Assembly (NCBI GenBank): GCA_947501605.1
Contig: CANMWZ010000018.1
Coordinates: forward strand, 12,780-76,779
Origin: Planctomycetota bacterium
GTDB lineage: Bacteria > Planctomycetota > UBA1135 > UBA2386
Length of the DNA: 64,000 nt
Direction of reading: 5' to 3'
Below are positions 60,575 to 64,000 of this stretch, one piece after another. The notes under the pieces are model-generated. The model made no database searches, was not told the DNA's origin, and saw only the letters and a list, made by a program, of their open reading frames with translations. Position numbers and translations under genes: made by a program. How positions within the stretch are numbered: the stretch's first letter is position 1; the number at the start of each line of letters is the position of its first letter.

Positions 60575-61558
60575 ATGTTCGCCCGTCCTAGCGTTCTGTT
60601 TGCTGTTGCTCTTACCTTCGCTCCTGCCGCAATCGTGGCCCAAGAAGGAGGCGCGGCACCGGCAGCCGAGTGGCTGCAGAACTTCGCTGACGCCAAGGCC
60701 AAGGCCGCGGCGGCTGGCAAAGACCTGCTGGTCGACTTCACCGGGTCCGATTGGTGCGTTTGGTGTCAGCGTCTTGACGCGGAAGTTTTCGAGAAGGCGG
60801 ACTTCCAGGCCGAGATCACGAAGAACTTCGTGCTGGTCAAGCTCGACTACCCGCAGAACCAGGAGTTGGTGACCGCGGAGATCAAGGCACAAAACGCCGA
60901 GCTCCAGGCCAAGTACAAGGTCCAGGGCTTCCCGACGATCTTCCTCATGGATGCCGAGGGCAAGCCCTACGCGCAGACGGGTTATCAGGAAGGCGGGGAC
61001 GCGAAGTACCTCGAGCACGTCAGCGGGATGCGCAGCAACAAGGTTGGCCGCGACGAGCATTTCGGCAAGGCCAAGGACGCCAAGGGCATCGATCGCGCCA
61101 CGCACCTCGCCGCCGGTCTCGAAGCACTGAAGAACGACGAGATGGTCCTCGCGCACTACCGCGCCGAGATCGACGAGGTCATGAGCCTCGACGCCGACGG
61201 GAAGGCTGGCCTCAAGGGCAAGTTCGAGGCCAAGGTCGCGAAGGCCGAGCTCGAGGGCAAGTTTCAGGAGCTGGCGCAGGCCGGTGATTGGGACGGTGTC
61301 GACAAGCTGATGGCCGAGATGCTCGAGAAGTTCAAAGGCAACGGCGAACTCGAGCAGATGGCGACGTTCTACCGCGCCGTCGTGCTGATCGAGTCGAAGC
61401 AGGACTTCGACGGCGCGCTCAAGCTGGTCGATGCAGCCTTGGCGTTTGCGCCGGAAAGCGACATGGGCAAGCAGCTGCCGCGTATCCGCAAGAACATCGA
61501 GAAGATCCAGAAGCAGTCGCAGGGCGGCGACGAAGAGAAGAAAGACGGCGGCAAGTGA
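60575..61558 (+). CDS. Secreted thioredoxin-like protein (Thioredoxin_7-type, CxxC = CVWC) with a helical C-terminal extension
   Basis: 327 aa with a signal peptide (MFARPSVLFAVALTFAPAAIVAQE). The thioredoxin-like core is KDLLVDFTGSDWCVWCQRLDAEVF...GFPTIFLMDAEGKP. A Lys/Glu-rich helical tail follows. Confidence 0.8.
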   Translation: MFARPSVLFAVALTFAPAAIVAQEGGAAPAAEWLQNFADAKAKAAAAGKDLLVDFTGSDWCVWCQRLDAEVFEKADFQAEITKNFVLVKLDYPQNQELVTAEIKAQNAELQAKYKVQGFPTIFLMDAEGKPYAQTGYQEGGDAKYLEHVSGMRSNKVGRDEHFGKAKDAKGIDRATHLAAGLEALKNDEMVLAHYRAEIDEVMSLDADGKAGLKGKFEAKVAKAELEGKFQELAQAGDWDGVDKLMAEMLEKFKGNGELEQMATFYRAVVLIESKQDFDGALKLVDAALAFAPESDMGKQLPRIRKNIEKIQKQSQGGDEEKKDGGK

Positions 61559-61683
61559 TGCTGTCGTTCTGAGCGCGGGCCTCGCGGTTCGTGCCGATGA
61601 CCGTGCCCTTGCGGGGCGCGAACGCGCGGCGTTCGCGCCCCGCTGCAATTGCGGCGCGATCGTCGGGTGCTACGTTCGCCGGA

Positions 61684-62721
61684 ATGACGTCCATGCGCTG
61701 CGTCGTCGTGCGTGAACACGGCGGTTTCGACAGGCTGCTCCTCGAAGAGCGTCCGGTGCCTGCTCCCGGCCCGGGTCAGGTCCGCGTCAAGCTCGCTGCG
61801 ATCGGCCTGAACCACCTCGACACGTGGGTGCGACGCGGCGTTCCGGGCCACACGTTTCCGTTGCCGCAGATCCCCGGAAGTGACGGTTGCGGCTTCGTCG
61901 ATGCGCTGGGCCTCGGCGTGACCAACTGCAAGGAAGGCGACGAGGTCGTGGTGCTGCCGGGAGTGTCGTGCGGCGTCTGCGTCGCCTGCGCGTCAGGATC
62001 GGACCAGTTGTGCCGTCACTACCACATTCTCGGCGAGACGGGCGATGGTCTGTGTGCCGACTACGCCGTTGTGCCCGCTGCCAACGTCGCGCCCAAACCG
62101 CACGGCCTTGGCCGGGCCGAGGCCGCGAGCATCTGCCTCGTGTTCTTGACCGCGTGGAACATGCTCGTCCGTCGAGCCGAGTTGCGCGCCGGTGAGACGG
62201 TACTCGTGCATGCTGGTCTCTCGGGCGTCGGCAGTGCCGCCGTACAGATCGCCAACGTGCTCGGGGCGCGCGTGATCGCTACCGCTGGTGGCGAGCGCAA
62301 GTGTGGACTCGTGCAGGCTCTCGGCGCCCATCACGTGATCGATTATCGCAGCAAGGACTTTGCGACCGAGGTCCGTACGCTGACCGGCAAGGCCGGCGTC
62401 GACGTGGTCTTCGAACACGTTGGCGCCGCGACCTTCGAAGGCTCCATCAAGTGCCTCGCGCGCGGCGGCAGATTGGTCACTTGCGGCGCGACCACTGGTG
62501 GAACTGTGCAGATCTCACTGCATCAGGTGTTCTTCAAGAGCCTCTCGATCCTCGGGAGCACGATGGGCAGCAAGGGTGATTTGCGCACGATCCTGAAGAT
62601 GTTCGATCAGGGCCGCTTCCGCGCCGTGGTCGATCGCACGCTGCCGCTCGCCGAGGTCGGTGAGGCGCATCGGTTGCTCGAGGCCCGCGAGGCATACGGC
62701 AAGATCGCGTTGCTGATCTGA
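61684..62721 (+). CDS. Zinc-type alcohol dehydrogenase / quinone oxidoreductase (MDR superfamily)
   Basis: The track ORF 61591..62721 was trimmed to ATG 61684 (MTSMRCVVVREHGGFDRLLLEE...). It has GSDGCGFV, structural-Zn Cys residues (GVSCGVCVACASGSDQLC) and the NAD(P) fold motif (VHAGLSGVGSAAVQIA). Confidence 0.88.
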   Translation: MTSMRCVVVREHGGFDRLLLEERPVPAPGPGQVRVKLAAIGLNHLDTWVRRGVPGHTFPLPQIPGSDGCGFVDALGLGVTNCKEGDEVVVLPGVSCGVCVACASGSDQLCRHYHILGETGDGLCADYAVVPAANVAPKPHGLGRAEAASICLVFLTAWNMLVRRAELRAGETVLVHAGLSGVGSAAVQIANVLGARVIATAGGERKCGLVQALGAHHVIDYRSKDFATEVRTLTGKAGVDVVFEHVGAATFEGSIKCLARGGRLVTCGATTGGTVQISLHQVFFKSLSILGSTMGSKGDLRTILKMFDQGRFRAVVDRTLPLAEVGEAHRLLEAREAYGKIALLI

Positions 62722-62800
62722 CGCGGCCTGTCCGGTGACCTGGCCAGCGTTCCGCGATGCGGCGTTCGGGTTCGTGCCGGTGCGCCCGTAGCATCTCGCA

Positions 62801-64000
62801 ATGCGCCCGCTCGCCCTTTCGCTGTCGTTCGTACTGGTAGTGATTGCCTCGACGATCACGCCCGCGCAAGTCCCGAGTCCGACTGCGTTCCTCGGTCACG
62901 AAGTTGGCGCCGACCATCGGCTGTGCAACCACACCGACTTGCTGCGGTACTTCGAGGCAATCGACGCGGCGAGTGATCGTGTCAAGCTCGTCGACATCGG
63001 CACCTCAAGTTACGGCCGTCGCATGACCATGGCGGTGATCACCTCACCGGAGAACCACCAGCGTCTCGAAGAGTTGCGCCAGATCGCGGTTCGCTTGTGT
63101 CGGGCTCGCGATGACGAGCAATCGGCCGAGTCTCTGGTCGAGCAGGGTCGCGCTGTCGTCTGGATCGATGCCGGGCTGCACGCGAATGAGTCGATCGCCG
63201 CTCAGAACATCATCGAACTCGTCTGGCAGATGGCGTCGCGCGAAGACGAAGAGGTCCGTCGCATCCTCGACGAGGTTGTGTTGCTCGCGTGCCCGGTCAA
63301 TCCCGACGGCCTCGAACTGGTGGCGAATGCCTACACGGCGACGGGTTCGCAGGACATCCCCATCCTCTACCAGCGCTACATCGGCCACGACAACAACCGC
63401 GACTACTACATCAGCAACCAGCTGGAGACGCGCAACGTGAGCCGTGTCTTCTTCACCGACTGGTGCCCGCAGATTGTCTACAACCATCACCAATCAGCAC
63501 CGAGCGGCACGATCCTGTTCACGCCGCCGTTTCGCGACCCTTTCAACTACAGCGCTGACCCACTGGTGATGCGCGGCATCGATTGGGTTGCTGGTTCGAT
63601 GAATCGCCGGTTTGCCAGTGAGCAAAAGCCTGGGGTCATCTCGCGCGGCGGCGCGCCTTACTCCGGCTGGTGGAATGGCGGCCTGCGTTCGACCTGCTAC
63701 TTCCACAACATCATCGGCATCCTCACCGAGGCCTTCGGGCATCCGGACCCGACGCGCATCGTGCAGACGATCGATCGCCGATTGACCTCGGGGGACTATC
63801 CAGATCCCGTGCCGACGCAGATGTGGCACGCGCGCCAGACCATCGAGTACCTGCAGACCGCGAACTTCGGCATCCTTGACCATGCCTCGCGCTACCGCCG
63901 CGAACTGCTGCGCGACATCTATCGAATGGGGCGCAACTCGATCGCGCGAGGTGGGCGCGACCACTGGACCGTCACGCCAAAGCTGATCGCCATGGCGAAG
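62801..64000 (+). CDS. Secreted M14-family zinc carboxypeptidase, N-terminal 400 codons; gene runs off the window end
   Basis: Not in the ORF track (no stop in window). Manual translation from ATG 62801 gives MRPLALSLSFVLVVIASTITPAQVPSPTAFLGHEVGADHRL...YGRRMTMAVITSPENH...VWIDAGLHANESIAAQ (HxxE zinc motif) ...NPDGLELV...GHDNNRDYY. This layout is typical of M14 peptidases. Confidence 0.8.
   Translation, partial: MRPLALSLSFVLVVIASTITPAQVPSPTAFLGHEVGADHRLCNHTDLLRYFEAIDAASDRVKLVDIGTSSYGRRMTMAVITSPENHQRLEELRQIAVRLCRARDDEQSAESLVEQGRAVVWIDAGLHANESIAAQNIIELVWQMASREDEEVRRILDEVVLLACPVNPDGLELVANAYTATGSQDIPILYQRYIGHDNNRDYYISNQLETRNVSRVFFTDWCPQIVYNHHQSAPSGTILFTPPFRDPFNYSADPLVMRGIDWVAGSMNRRFASEQKPGVISRGGAPYSGWWNGGLRSTCYFHNIIGILTEAFGHPDPTRIVQTIDRRLTSGDYPDPVPTQMWHARQTIEYLQTANFGILDHASRYRRELLRDIYRMGRNSIARGGRDHWTVTPKLIAMAK

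Noticed and set aside
1-64000. Looked for CRISPR arrays, IS elements/transposases, integrases, tRNA/rRNA genes, toxin-antitoxin pairs and classic defence genes
   Set aside because: I found no direct-repeat/spacer periodicity, no DDE or tyrosine-recombinase-like ORFs and no cloverleaf-like segments in the intergenic regions by eye. The only repeats are the paralog tails and the duplicated leaders. tRNA and ncRNA absence should be confirmed with tRNAscan-SE and Infernal.

Overview
GC-rich (roughly two-thirds G+C by eye, not computed), gene-dense bacterial chromosome segment. All calls come from manual reading of the ORF track and sequence, using motif memory only; no BLAST or HMM was run. I saw no tRNA, rRNA, CRISPR array, transposase or integrase.

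Layout:
- 1-4.3 kb: partial CaCA Na+/Ca2+ exchanger, a SAM methyltransferase and a tandem GT1-type glycosyltransferase.
- 4.4-13.8 kb: one co-directional flagellar operon, flgB-flgC-fliE-fliF-fliG-fliH-fliI-fliJ-(MotE/YlxF-like)-fliL-fliM-fliN.
- 14-19 kb: DinB, a tiny HTH protein, a YciI-like lipoprotein and two paralogous secreted proteins with duplicated 5' leaders.
- 19-23.6 kb: a thioredoxin-fold gene with an in-frame TGA at the first active-site Cys (W-TGA-G-P-C), which is a probable selenoprotein. MetH follows.
- 23.7-38.2 kb: an accessory-looking block of five tandem paralogs (~585 aa). Each has a signal peptide, two NIDO-like modules and a conserved C-terminal domain. They are followed by a GT-C type membrane glycosyltransferase and an M36-like metalloprotease.
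- 38-52 kb: mixed housekeeping and membrane genes, including a beta-propeller/di-haem peroxidase-like protein.
- 52.9-58.3 kb: an operon of ferredoxin, DUF3299, a secreted helical protein and a 1145-aa GlmS-like amidotransferase.
- 58.4-60.4 kb: a peroxide-stress cluster (Fur/PerR-like, ahpC, frameshifted ahpD-like, dps) with two matching 6-3-6 palindromes.
- 60.5-64 kb: a secreted thioredoxin-like protein, a Zn-ADH/MDR oxidoreductase and a partial M14 carboxypeptidase.

Most interesting signal: a ~100-120 aa C-terminal domain is shared by nine otherwise unrelated secreted proteins in this window. The carriers are the 5 NIDO-like paralogs, the 2 leader-sharing paralogs, the metalloprotease and the haem/propeller protein. 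It may be an unnamed sorting, anchoring or assembly tag. The second strongest signal is the WUGPC selenoprotein candidate.
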